Source: Pseudomonadota bacterium
GTDB taxonomy: Bacteria > Pseudomonadota > Alphaproteobacteria > G022571365
Reading direction: 5' to 3'
Assembly (NCBI GenBank): GCA_022571365.1
Contig: JACZXZ010000007.1
Location: 3,366-67,365 of the forward strand
DNA: 64,000 nt
Shown here: positions 1-8,992 of the stretch, in pieces
Position numbering within the stretch: the stretch's first letter is position 1
Layout of the letters: every line of letters starts with the position of its first letter
Notes under the pieces: model-generated
What the model was told of the DNA's origin: nothing
What the model saw: only the letters and a program-made list of their open reading frames with translations
The model's database searches: none
Translations under genes and position numbers: made by a program

Positions 1-1143
1 TCGCTCGAGGACATCCACATGAACATAGAGGCCCGGCTCGAGGAACTCATCGGCGAGGCCGCCGGCCGGTTGCACACGGCGCGCTCGCGCAACGACCAGG
101 TGGCGACCGACCTCCGCATGTGGGTGCGCGACGCCCTCGACGGCCTCGACCACGCGGTCCGCGAGCTGCAGGCCGCGCTCATCACCCAGGCCGAGCACCA
201 CGCCGCCACCGTGATGCCCGGCCTCACGCACCTGCAGGGGGCCCAGCCGGTGACCTTCGGCCACCACCTCCTGGCCTATGTCGAGATGTTCGGCCGCGAC
301 CGCGGGCGGCTGGCCGATTGCCGGCGGCGTTTGAACGAGTGCCCGCTGGGCGCGGGCGCGCTCGCCGGCACCGCGTTTCAAATCGACCGGGAGGCGACGG
401 CCCGTGCGCTGGGCTTCGACCGGCCCGCGGCCAATTCGCTGGACGCCGTTTCGGACCGCGACTTCGCGCTCGAGTTCCTGGCTGCTGGGGCGATCGCGGT
501 GGTCCATCTCTCGCGGCTCGCCGAGGAGATCGTGCTGTGGACGAGCGAGCGCTTCGGCTTCGTCAGGCTTTCCGACGCCTTCACCACCGGCAGCTCGATC
601 ATGCCCCAGAAGCGCAACCCCGACGCGGCCGAGCTGGTGCGCGCCAAGGCGGGCCGCATCCTCGGCGCGTTGGCCGGATTGCTTGCCGTGATGAAGGGCC
701 TGCCTCTGGCCTATGCCAAGGACATGCAAGAGGACAAGGCGCCGGTGTTCGACACCGCCGACACCCTGACGCTCTGCCTCGCGGCCATGACCGGCATGGT
801 TCGCGACATGACGGTCGATGCCGACGCCATGCGGGCCGCCGCGGCGGAGGGTTTCACCACCGCCACCGATCTTGCCGACTGGCTGGTGCGCGCGCTCGGC
901 CTGCCGTTCCGCAAAGCCCACCAGATCACCGGTCGGCTGGTGAGGATGGCCGAGGAGAAGGGCTGCGGCTTGGCCGATCTGGACCTCGCCCAGATGCAGT
1001 CGGTGGAGCCGGCGATCACCGCCGAGCTGTTCGGCGTGCTCGGCGTGGAGGAGTCGGTTGCGAGCCGCACCAGCTTCGGCGGCACCGCCCCGGACAACGT
1101 GCGCCGGGCCGCCGCCGCCGCCCGGGAGAGGTACCTCAGATGA
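1..1143 (+). CDS. argH: argininosuccinate lyase (5' end outside window)
   Basis: [23 protein letters not shown] and [12 protein letters not shown] signatures; the frame is open from the window edge. Confidence 0.97.
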   Translation, partial: SLEDIHMNIEARLEELIGEAAGRLHTARSRNDQVATDLRMWVRDALDGLDHAVRELQAALITQAEHHAATVMPGLTHLQGAQPVTFGHHLLAYVEMFGRDRGRLADCRRRLNECPLGAGALAGTAFQIDREATARALGFDRPAANSLDAVSDRDFALEFLAAGAIAVVHLSRLAEEIVLWTSERFGFVRLSDAFTTGSSIMPQKRNPDAAELVRAKAGRILGALAGLLAVMKGLPLAYAKDMQEDKAPVFDTADTLTLCLAAMTGMVRDMTVDADAMRAAAAEGFTTATDLADWLVRALGLPFRKAHQITGRLVRMAEEKGCGLADLDLAQMQSVEPAITAELFGVLGVEESVASRTSFGGTAPDNVRRAAAAARERYLR

Positions 1144-1286
1144 AAGCGTTTCACCTAGGCCGTCTGATCGCCCTCGTCCTCCTCGCGATCGCGCTCGCCG
1201 CGCCGCTTGGCGCCTGCGGCAAGAAGGGGCCGCTTGAGCCCCCGGACAAGGAAAGCGAGTATCCGAGGACGTATCCCAGTGAGTGA
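1140..1286 (+). CDS. small lipoprotein, LptM/YifL/LppL-like (48 aa)
   Basis: [35 protein letters not shown]: lipobox LGAC followed by GxKGPL; typical position between argH and lysA; ATGA overlap with argH. Confidence 0.85.
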   Translation: MKAFHLGRLIALVLLAIALAAPLGACGKKGPLEPPDKESEYPRTYPSE

Positions 1287-2574
1287 TTTCGCCTACCGCG
1301 ACGGTCAGCTTCACGCCGAGGAAGTGCCGATCCCGCGGATTGCCGAGGATGTCGGCACGCCGTTCTATTGTTACGCCAGCGCCGGCCTGAAGCGCCGCTA
1401 CCGCGCCTTCGCCGACGCCTTCGCCGGACTGCCGGCGACCATCTGCTACGCGCTCAAGGCCAATTCCAATCTCGCTGTCGTGCGCACCCTGGCGACGCTT
1501 GGCGCCGGCGCCGACGTGGTCTCGGAGGGCGAGCTCAGGCGTGCGCTCGCCGTGGGCGTGCCGGCCGCGAAGATCGTCTTTTCCGGAGTCGGCAAGACCG
1601 AGGGCGAGCTGGCCCTGGCGCTCGAGACCGGCATCCTGCAGGTCAACGTCGAGTCGGAGTCTGAGCTCGAGGCGCTCAGTAACCTCGCCCGGGCGCGGGG
1701 GGTGAAAGCGCGGGTGGCGCTTCGGGTCAATCCCGATGTCGAGGCCGGCACCCACGAGAAGATCACCACCGGCCGGAAGGGCAGCAAGTTCGGTATCGAG
1801 GTGGAGCGGGTGCCCGGGCTCTATGCCCGCGCCGCCACGCTCTCCGGCATCGAGCCGGTGGGCCTCGCCGTCCATATCGGCTCGCAGATCACCGACCTCG
1901 CCCCGTTCAGGGCCGCCTTCGCGCGCATCGCGGGCCTGGTGGCCGAGCTCAGGGCCGCCGGTCATGCCGTCCGCCGGCTCGACCTCGGCGGCGGTCTCGG
2001 CATCGCTTACGGGCGCGAGACGCCGCCCAGCCCGGCCGAATACGCCAGCCTGGTCGAAGCGGTCATCGGCCCGCTCGAGGCGGAGCTGGTACTCGAGCCG
2101 GGCCGTGCGCTGGTCGGCGACGCCGGCGTGCTGGTCACCCGCGTGCTTCATGTCAAGGACGGGTCGACACGCCGCTACGTCATCGTCGACGCGGCGATGA
2201 ACGACCTCTTGCGCCCCGCGCTCTACGATGCCTATCACGCCATCAGGCTGGTTCAGGAGGCTCCGGCCGAAGCCGCAACGGCGCCGGTCGACGTGGTCGG
2301 GCCGGTGTGCGAGAGCGGGGACAGCTTTGCCGTCGGGCGCAGGCTGCCGCCGGTCGGGTCCGGCGACCTTCTCGTCATTGACTCGGCCGGCGCCTATGGA
2401 GCGGTCATGGCATCGAGCTACAATAGCCGACCCCCTGCGCCCGAGGTCCTGGTCAAAGGCACCGAGTACGCCGTGGTGCGGCCGCGCCCGGACATCGACG
2501 ATCTCCTGGGCCAGGACCTCATGCCCGACTGGCTTGCGGCACCGGGCGAGACCCGGTCGCGGGGGGCGGCGTGA
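1279..2574 (+). CDS. lysA: diaminopimelate decarboxylase
   Basis: YALKANSN PLP-lysine motif, [27 protein letters not shown]; GTG start at 1279. Confidence 0.96.
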   Translation: MSDFAYRDGQLHAEEVPIPRIAEDVGTPFYCYASAGLKRRYRAFADAFAGLPATICYALKANSNLAVVRTLATLGAGADVVSEGELRRALAVGVPAAKIVFSGVGKTEGELALALETGILQVNVESESELEALSNLARARGVKARVALRVNPDVEAGTHEKITTGRKGSKFGIEVERVPGLYARAATLSGIEPVGLAVHIGSQITDLAPFRAAFARIAGLVAELRAAGHAVRRLDLGGGLGIAYGRETPPSPAEYASLVEAVIGPLEAELVLEPGRALVGDAGVLVTRVLHVKDGSTRRYVIVDAAMNDLLRPALYDAYHAIRLVQEAPAEAATAPVDVVGPVCESGDSFAVGRRLPPVGSGDLLVIDSAGAYGAVMASSYNSRPPAPEVLVKGTEYAVVRPRPDIDDLLGQDLMPDWLAAPGETRSRGAA

Positions 2575-2602
2575 TGAAGGCCGGACCCGGCAGGGCCGAG
2601 CC

Positions 2603-2861
2603 ATGATCCAGGAGCGGGCGGCGCTGCCCCGGTTTCGCCTGCTCCTCGCCTGGGCGGCGCTCCTGTGGGAGCGGCTGTGGCCCGCTGGGCCGACCGCTGC
2701 CGGGCTATGGCGTGCTTGATACCAGCGACATCGATATCCCAGAGGAAAGGGATGTACAGAGGGCGCGCATCATTTTCGAGGAGCTTCGCCGCCGCGCCGG
2801 CCAGCGGTACCGCCCGGAGCCGGAGCGCGCATATATCAACCGTCTGCTGCGCCGCTTCTGA
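2603..2861 (+). pseudogene. internally deleted TIGR02302/DUF4175-family gene remnant
   Basis: N-terminal MIQERAALPRFRLLLAWAALLWERLWP (2603-2683) is fused out of frame to C-terminal PLGR...IPEERDVQRARIIFEELRRRAGQRYRPEPERAYINRLLRRF* (2682-2861); both ends and the position after lysA match my recollection of this family. Confidence 0.8.
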
Positions 2862-3058
2862 TCACCGGTCCCGGCCGACCGCCTGAAGAGCAGCGCTCCC
2901 TCCGTAGTGTCTTAAGATCCCCTTGAGCGCGATCGGCGTCCAGGTGCCCCGGTCGACCAGCGCTTCGAGAACGCCGGCGCGCCGATTGAGCAGGGCTCCG
3001 CCTGACCGGACCCCGGCGGTGGCGCGTCCGCGTTGGGCCGGTAACAGCCAATTGCGTA

Positions 3059-3079
3059 TGGCGCATTTGTTGCAACAAA
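3059..3079 (+). promoter_or_regulatory. sigma54-like -24/-12 promoter overlapped by a 14-bp palindrome
   Basis: TGGCGC-ATTTG-TTGCA (3059-3074) versus consensus TGGCAC-N5-TTGCW; palindrome TTTGTTGCAACAAA at 3066-3079. Confidence 0.55.
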
Positions 3080-3138
3080 AAACCGCTTGCTATCGCGTGA
3101 ATATATATCCAAAAAAACACACCCTTAGGAGGCAGACG

Positions 3139-4005
3139 ATGTCCGACCACCTATCACGATTTCGCGCAGTGCGGCGGTGGGTTTTGGCGGGCGTCGCGGG
3201 CGCAATCGTGGCCGCGGCGCTGGCCCTCGGGCTGGGCCTCGCCCCGGCGGTTGCGGAAGAGCCCCCGGCCGGCGAGGCGTCGGAACCCTTCCCGCCCTAT
3301 CCTGAGGTGTGGGGCCGGGAGCTGCCCTATCCCGGGGACGGCAGCTATTCCATCCACCAGGAAGTGTTCGAGGCCCCGGACGGCAGGGTGATTGTCAGTA
3401 TCTACGCCAGTCCTCTGCGCTCGGATGAGTTTGAATATCGCGTGTTGGACTTCTTCTCCGGCGAGATGCGGACCATCGACAAAAAGATCTCCTACGACAT
3501 CCGGTCTGGCGGGAAGCACAAGCGCTTGTACGCACTGGATATCGAGCTGGCCGACGGTGGCAGGCTCACATACAAGAGCCACCGGGTTAGTAACTGCACG
3601 GTCACCTACAACATCCATTACGTCAAGCGCGACAGAGATGGAGAGATCGTCGCCGACAAGATGCTGCTCTATCTCTACGACCGGCCCGTGCGCGTCGATG
3701 TCAACCCCTACTGCGAGATCAGTAGCGATCGGGCCCATTTCCACCAGAACTGGCGCCAGGTTGGGCTCGCGTTCGCACCGCTCAAGGACGGGACCTTTCT
3801 TGCTTACGACGGACCTTTCATCATTCGCTTCGATCCGGACCTGAACTCGCCCTTCATCGACAACAAGCGGCTGTTCCTGCTCGACCGGGTGGTGGTGATG
3901 GACCTGGTCGATGAGGCCTTCGCCCGCGATGGACCCAGCCTTCAGAACATCGACGACGTGATTTACGACTATCTCATCAAGCTTAGGGAGGAAGCACACA
4001 AATGA
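3139..4005 (+). CDS. exported hypothetical protein (288 aa), candidate immunity protein
   Basis: AGGAGG RBS at 3127-3132; signal peptide with RR, a hydrophobic stretch and AVA-EE cleavage site; its stop overlaps the start of the next gene. Confidence 0.7.
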   Translation: MSDHLSRFRAVRRWVLAGVAGAIVAAALALGLGLAPAVAEEPPAGEASEPFPPYPEVWGRELPYPGDGSYSIHQEVFEAPDGRVIVSIYASPLRSDEFEYRVLDFFSGEMRTIDKKISYDIRSGGKHKRLYALDIELADGGRLTYKSHRVSNCTVTYNIHYVKRDRDGEIVADKMLLYLYDRPVRVDVNPYCEISSDRAHFHQNWRQVGLAFAPLKDGTFLAYDGPFIIRFDPDLNSPFIDNKRLFLLDRVVVMDLVDEAFARDGPSLQNIDDVIYDYLIKLREEAHK

Positions 4006-5471
4006 CCCAGGCCATTAGACCGAAGACGCGGTTTCAAGACTTATTGTTCAAGCATTTCTCGCAAGGCGGCGAGGTCGCGAGCCCGGAGGAGGGCTGGCGG
4101 TTGACCTCTCCGCCCACGCCGAATAGCGGCTATAGCGTCGGCTGGATCCAGCTCGACCTTTCCAGTGCGGATAAGAAAAGTGAATTCGACGCCATCATGG
4201 CCGTTCTCGCCCGCGATCCCGTGCTAAATGAGAATATCGAGGCTATTCGCACAGCGCTGGAGAAGAAGGATGCCGACCTCACGGCGAGCGACAAATCTGT
4301 GATCAAGCAGTATGGCGACCTCATCAACCAGGCGCTGGCGAGCCCGGAAGGGAAGAGGACCCTCGACCAGATCGGGTTTGAGCGGCTGGAGGAGATAGAA
4401 GACGACATAGAGCACTTGAAGAGCATCGCCGGCCCCGAGGCCAAGCCCTTCCTCGAATCCCAGGAGGGCCAACTGCTCATCGCCGATTACATCAACCAGT
4501 TCGGCCCGCCGTCTCCGGACAAGCTCCAAAGATTCGTCCAGGGCGGGGAGGTCGAGCTCAACGACGGCAAGAACAAGATCAAGCTCGACGGCCCGCTGAC
4601 GTTCGAGAAATGGCGGGAGTATGTAGACAAGACACGCTTCGGCGAGAGCCACCCGACCATCATCGACAGCCGTTTCGACAACGTGAAGGACACGCTCGGA
4701 CGACACCGCCTTCTCCCGGACGCGCCGCGCGTCCGTCCGCAAGGCCAGCAGCCGGCCACGCCGTCCGGCGCACCCGGCCAGCGCTCGGGCCTCGAGGAGG
4801 ACAAGGCCGCCGCGCGCGCAGGCTCCGGGGCGGACCTCGCCGCCTCGCCCGAAGGGCGCCGGTTCCTCGCCGCGCTCAAGCCCAAGGCCGGCGAGGAAGT
4901 GGAGGAGGTTCTCTTGAAGCCCGTGAACCAGTGGACCAAAGGAGAGATGGGCGCCCTCATGGACGATCCCGACTACTGGCGGACCGCCGGGCCCCGGGGC
5001 CGGCTCCTGCAGGACAAGGCGCGGGCCTGGCACGACCACTTCTTCGGGACCGGCCCGGCGCCGGAGGACGAGACCGGCCGGATGCTGCCCTCGCGCCCGT
5101 CCCATCCCATCCCCACGGCCCCGGCCCCGGTTCGGGCGGCCGACGGCGGCGACCTTGCCGGTAGCGTGCTCGGCATCGGCAAGCGGGTGCTCGCCGCCGC
5201 GGCCGAGTCGGGCCTGAGTGAAGCGATCAGGGGCCTGCAGGGGGGCCTCAACGGCCTGCAGACCGGCGACCTCAACGGCCTCGCGGGGGTGAGGAGCGGG
5301 GCCATCGGGATGGACCGGCCGGCGCTCGCCGTCGATGGGATCTTCGGACCCAAGACCCGGTGGCGGCTCCGCCAAACCGTGGCCCGCTTCGGCCGGGCTC
5401 CGGTGGAGAAGAGCTTCGCCCGCAGCTTCGCGCGATTCCGCCCCAGCCACCGCCCGGGATCACGGGTCTAA
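4002..5471 (+). CDS. hypothetical protein: putative lysozyme-like N-domain plus C-terminal peptidoglycan-binding-like domain (candidate cell-wall toxin)
   Basis: NSGYSVGWIQLD and LIADYINQFG motifs; C-terminal IRGLQGGLN...LAVDGIFGPKT resembles PG_binding_1; no signal peptide. Confidence 0.6.
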   Translation: MTQAIRPKTRFQDLLFKHFSQGGEVASPEEGWRLTSPPTPNSGYSVGWIQLDLSSADKKSEFDAIMAVLARDPVLNENIEAIRTALEKKDADLTASDKSVIKQYGDLINQALASPEGKRTLDQIGFERLEEIEDDIEHLKSIAGPEAKPFLESQEGQLLIADYINQFGPPSPDKLQRFVQGGEVELNDGKNKIKLDGPLTFEKWREYVDKTRFGESHPTIIDSRFDNVKDTLGRHRLLPDAPRVRPQGQQPATPSGAPGQRSGLEEDKAAARAGSGADLAASPEGRRFLAALKPKAGEEVEEVLLKPVNQWTKGEMGALMDDPDYWRTAGPRGRLLQDKARAWHDHFFGTGPAPEDETGRMLPSRPSHPIPTAPAPVRAADGGDLAGSVLGIGKRVLAAAAESGLSEAIRGLQGGLNGLQTGDLNGLAGVRSGAIGMDRPALAVDGIFGPKTRWRLRQTVARFGRAPVEKSFARSFARFRPSHRPGSRV

Positions 5472-5889
5472 GGACTCGGCACGGGAGCCGCTTCGCCGCC
5501 CCCTTCCCGCTCCGCACCCTGAGAGGCCGAACTCCGCCTCCGCGCCCGGACGGACGGCCCGGGCATTCGCCGCGCGCCCGGGGTTACCCCAAAGCGTGGT
5601 TGCTTTCCCGGAACGGTTTCCCTTTGGTCCAAGGCATTGACCGCCCCGGCCGATCCCGTCGCTGTCGTCCGGTCATCGCGGCGGTCGCGCCTTTGCCCAG
5701 ACCTTATCTACCAGACTTTGATCTATGAGGTGATTTCCGGCCGCCGCCGGGGTATTAAGGAGGCGCGGGCAGCCGTTGGCGGCCGGTCTCCGGTGACCGG
5801 TCGTTCGCCGGCAATGATCGTTGGCTGTCACCGGTGGCCGATCTTCGACGGCCGGTCCTTGGCGGCCAGTCCTTGGTGATGGGTGGGCG

Positions 5890-6870
5890 ATGACCGTTCT
5901 GGTAACCGGCGCGGCCGGGTTCATCGGCTTTCATGTCGCGACGGCGCTCTTGAAGCGCGGCGAGCGGGTGATCGGGGTCGACAACCTGAACGACTACTAT
6001 GATGTGGCGCTCAAGCAAGCCCGTCTGGACGGGCTCGCCCGCCACGACAGCTTTGCCTTCCACCGTATCGACATCGCCGACCAGGCGGCGATGGAAGGCC
6101 TCGCCGGGACCTACCCCGACATCACCCGGGTGGTGCACTTGGCCGCCCAGGCGGGGGTGCGGTACTCGCTGACCCATCCCCAGGCCTACATCCACGCCAA
6201 TCTCGAAGGGCATTTCGCGGTGCTCGAGACCTGCCGCCGGCTCGACCGGCTCGAGCATCTGGTCTACGCCAGCTCGTCCACGGTCTATAGCGGCATCACC
6301 AGGCTGCCGTTCTCGATCGAGGAGCGCGTCGACCGGCCGATCTCCCTCTACGCCGCGACCAAGATCTCCGGCGAGCTGATGAGCTATTGCTACAGCCACC
6401 TCTACGGGCTGCCCATGACCGGCTTGAGGTTCTTCACCGCCTACGGGCCCTGGGGCCGGCCCGACCTGTCGGCCTATATCTTCACCCGCCAGATCCTGGC
6501 CGGGGAGCCGATCCAGGTGTTCAACCACGGCGACATGAAGCGGGACTTCACCTATATCGACGACGCGGTGGCCGGTGCGGTGGCTGCCCTCGACCGCCCG
6601 CCGGCGGCCCGGGACGGGGCGGCGCCGCACCGCCTCTACAACCTGGGCAATCACCGGAGCGAGCCGTTGATGCGCTTCATCCAGGTGATCGAGAAGGCGG
6701 TCGGCCGCAAGGCCAAGATCAAGCTGGAGCCCATGCAGCCCGGCGACGCCAAGGAGACCTTCGCCGATATCACCGCCAGCCGGCGCGACCTCGGCTTCAA
6801 CCCGACCACCAACATCGACGAGGGCATCCCCAAGTTCGTGGCCTGGTTCCGCGACTACCACGGGGTCTAG
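5890..6870 (+). CDS. NAD-dependent sugar epimerase (UDP-glucuronate 4-epimerase-like)
   Basis: TGAAGFIG, HLAAQAGVRYS, YAATK, GLRFFTAYGPWGRPD. Confidence 0.92.
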   Translation: MTVLVTGAAGFIGFHVATALLKRGERVIGVDNLNDYYDVALKQARLDGLARHDSFAFHRIDIADQAAMEGLAGTYPDITRVVHLAAQAGVRYSLTHPQAYIHANLEGHFAVLETCRRLDRLEHLVYASSSTVYSGITRLPFSIEERVDRPISLYAATKISGELMSYCYSHLYGLPMTGLRFFTAYGPWGRPDLSAYIFTRQILAGEPIQVFNHGDMKRDFTYIDDAVAGAVAALDRPPAARDGAAPHRLYNLGNHRSEPLMRFIQVIEKAVGRKAKIKLEPMQPGDAKETFADITASRRDLGFNPTTNIDEGIPKFVAWFRDYHGV

Positions 6871-7020
6871 CTGGTAGCTGTCAGCCATTAGCCGCTAGCT
6901 ATTAGCCGTTAGCCATTAGCCGTTAGCCGTTAGCTATCAGCGTTCAGCCCTCAGCCTCATAAGCCGCCTGCGGAGGCGGCGCTAGCCGCCGCAACCTCAA
7001 AGCTAATAGCTAGCGGCTAA
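6867..7020. repeat. heptamer tandem array (about 13 x YTAGCYR-like) with a 19-bp inverted repeat and inner hairpin
   Basis: ctagctg gtagctg tcagcca ttagccg ctagcta ttagccg... at 6867-6957; 6888-6906 is the exact reverse complement of 7002-7020; hairpin GCCGCCT-GCGG-AGGCGGC at 6963-6980. Confidence 0.9.
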
Positions 7021-7035
7021 AACGGCCAGGGTTCC

Positions 7036-8829
7036 TCAATCGCCGTAAAGCGCCTCCAGGGCCGCGCCGTAAATCTCTTTGATCTTGTGCCGGCGGATCT
7101 TCAGGGTCGGGGTCAAAAGGCCGTTTTCCATGCCGAACGCCTCCCTTGCCAGCATGAAGCGGCGGACCCGTTCGATTGCGGAGAGGCCGCGGTTGACCCG
7201 CTCGACCGCCGGGGCGATCGCCCGGTGGAACCCGGAATCGCCGGCCAGGGCCGCGAGGCCGGCCGGCCTGCCGTGGGCTTCGGCCCAGCGTCCCATGACC
7301 TCTTCGTCGGGCACGATCAGGGCGACCAGATAGGGCCGGCGGTCGCCGTAGACCATGGCCTGGCTGATCTCCGGCTCGAGCGTGAGCTTGCCTTCGATGC
7401 GCTGGGGCGCGACGTTGTCGCCGCCGGAGTTTACGATGATGTCCTTCTTGCGGTCGGTGATCTGGAGGTAGCCGTCCTCGTCGATGAGCCCGATGTCGCC
7501 GGTATGGAGCCAGCCATCCCGGATCGCCTCCGCGGTCGCGGCATCGTCGCCCCAATAGCCCTGCATGACCAGCTCGCCTCTGACCAGGATCTCGCCGTCC
7601 CCGGCGATCCTGACCTCGACCCCGGTAAACGGCGGGCCGACGGTGTGGAGCTTGACCCGGCCCGGCGGGTTGCAGCTCACCACCGGCGCCGTCTCGGTCT
7701 GGCCGTAGCCCTGCAGGATATTGACGCCGAGCGCGGTGAAGAACAGGCCGATGTCGTAGCTGAGCGGGGCGCCGCCCGAGAGGAAGAATTTGAGCCGGCC
7801 GCCGAAGCGCGCCCTTAAGCGCCGCCGCACCAGGCGGTCGAGGACCGCGTCGACCAAGCGTTCATGCAGGCCAAGGCTCTCCGGCTTCTGGTATTTCCGC
7901 TTGCCCAGCTCGAGGGTCTTGAGAAACAGCTTTTCCTTCACCCCGGCGGCCCGCTCCACGCCGAGCGTGATGCGCTGGTACAGGGTCTCATAGAGGCGCG
8001 GCACCGCCGTCATGATGGTCGGCCGGACCTCGACCATGTTGGCGGCGAGATGCTCCGCCCCCTCGGCGTAGTAAATCTGGGCGCCGATGGTGATCGGGAA
8101 AAACTGCCCCGCGGTATGCTCGTAGGAGTGGCTCAAGGGCAGGAACGAGAGGAAAACCTCTTCGTCCTCGACGATGCCATCGGCGAACGCCTCAAGGGCG
8201 CCCTTGCAGTTGCTCAAAATAGCCCCGTGGCTCAGCATCACCCCCTTGGGCGTGCCGCCGGTGCCGGAGGTGTGGATGATGCAGGCGCTGTCGGTGCGCT
8301 TGAGGCGGGCGACCATGTCGGCGGCGTCGTCGGGCGCATCGCCGCCGCGCGCCAGCACCTCCGCCCAGGGGTGAATCTCGACACCGATATCCTGGCGGAG
8401 CCCGAGCGGCTCCATGGCGACCATGAACTCGAGCCGCGGCGCCCGGCGGGCGGCGTCGAGGAACGGCGGGGCCAGACGCGGGCCCGAGACGATGGCCGCC
8501 TTGGCGCCGCTGTTGGTGAGGACATGCAGGTGGTCGTCCGGCGCGTTGGTGGTGTAGGCCGGCACGGTGATGGCGCCGGCCGCCATGACGGCGACGTCGG
8601 AAATCAGCCATTCGGGGCGATTCTCGGCGATGAGCGCGACCCGGTCCCCGGGGCCGATGCCGAGGGCCCTCAGGCCCCGAGACAGGCGGCTGGCTTCGGC
8701 CGCGGCCTGGCGCCAGGACAGCGGCCGGTACCGGCCGTCGCGCTTGGCCCACAGGAACGGGCGGTCGCCGAGCCGGGCCGCCTGATCGAACAGCATCCGA
8801 GGGAGATTGGCGCAGGAGTCCGGGTTCAT
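7036..8829 (-). CDS. long-chain fatty acid-CoA ligase (AMP-binding)
   Basis: HTSGTGGTPKG, QGYGQTE, WLHTGDIG, ITDRKKD. Confidence 0.92.
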   Translation of the reverse strand: MNPDSCANLPRMLFDQAARLGDRPFLWAKRDGRYRPLSWRQAAAEASRLSRGLRALGIGPGDRVALIAENRPEWLISDVAVMAAGAITVPAYTTNAPDDHLHVLTNSGAKAAIVSGPRLAPPFLDAARRAPRLEFMVAMEPLGLRQDIGVEIHPWAEVLARGGDAPDDAADMVARLKRTDSACIIHTSGTGGTPKGVMLSHGAILSNCKGALEAFADGIVEDEEVFLSFLPLSHSYEHTAGQFFPITIGAQIYYAEGAEHLAANMVEVRPTIMTAVPRLYETLYQRITLGVERAAGVKEKLFLKTLELGKRKYQKPESLGLHERLVDAVLDRLVRRRLRARFGGRLKFFLSGGAPLSYDIGLFFTALGVNILQGYGQTETAPVVSCNPPGRVKLHTVGPPFTGVEVRIAGDGEILVRGELVMQGYWGDDAATAEAIRDGWLHTGDIGLIDEDGYLQITDRKKDIIVNSGGDNVAPQRIEGKLTLEPEISQAMVYGDRRPYLVALIVPDEEVMGRWAEAHGRPAGLAALAGDSGFHRAIAPAVERVNRGLSAIERVRRFMLAREAFGMENGLLTPTLKIRRHKIKEIYGAALEALYGD

Positions 8830-8992
8830 CGCATCGAGCGGGCGGGCTTCACATCACGACATGCGGTCGGGATGGAAGTTAGCGGACCCCTCTGCTACAA
8901 AGCAACGTATTCGCGCGGGCATTCCCCCGTGAGGCTTGGCGCGCTTGCGATCAGGGCCTATATGGCTCGGGGCCTTCGAGGAGTAACGGATG

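Noticed and set aside
2923-3138. Upstream ORF-track extensions (also on lysA, ubiT, the wecA-like gene, rlmB, fusA, rpoA and degQ)
   Set aside because: They run through promoter or intergenic DNA; downstream starts with an RBS or a family-typical N-terminus were chosen instead.
6867-6957. Possible CRISPR array
   Set aside because: Contiguous 7-mers without unique spacers; no cas genes; no repeat-spacer structure seen anywhere in the window.
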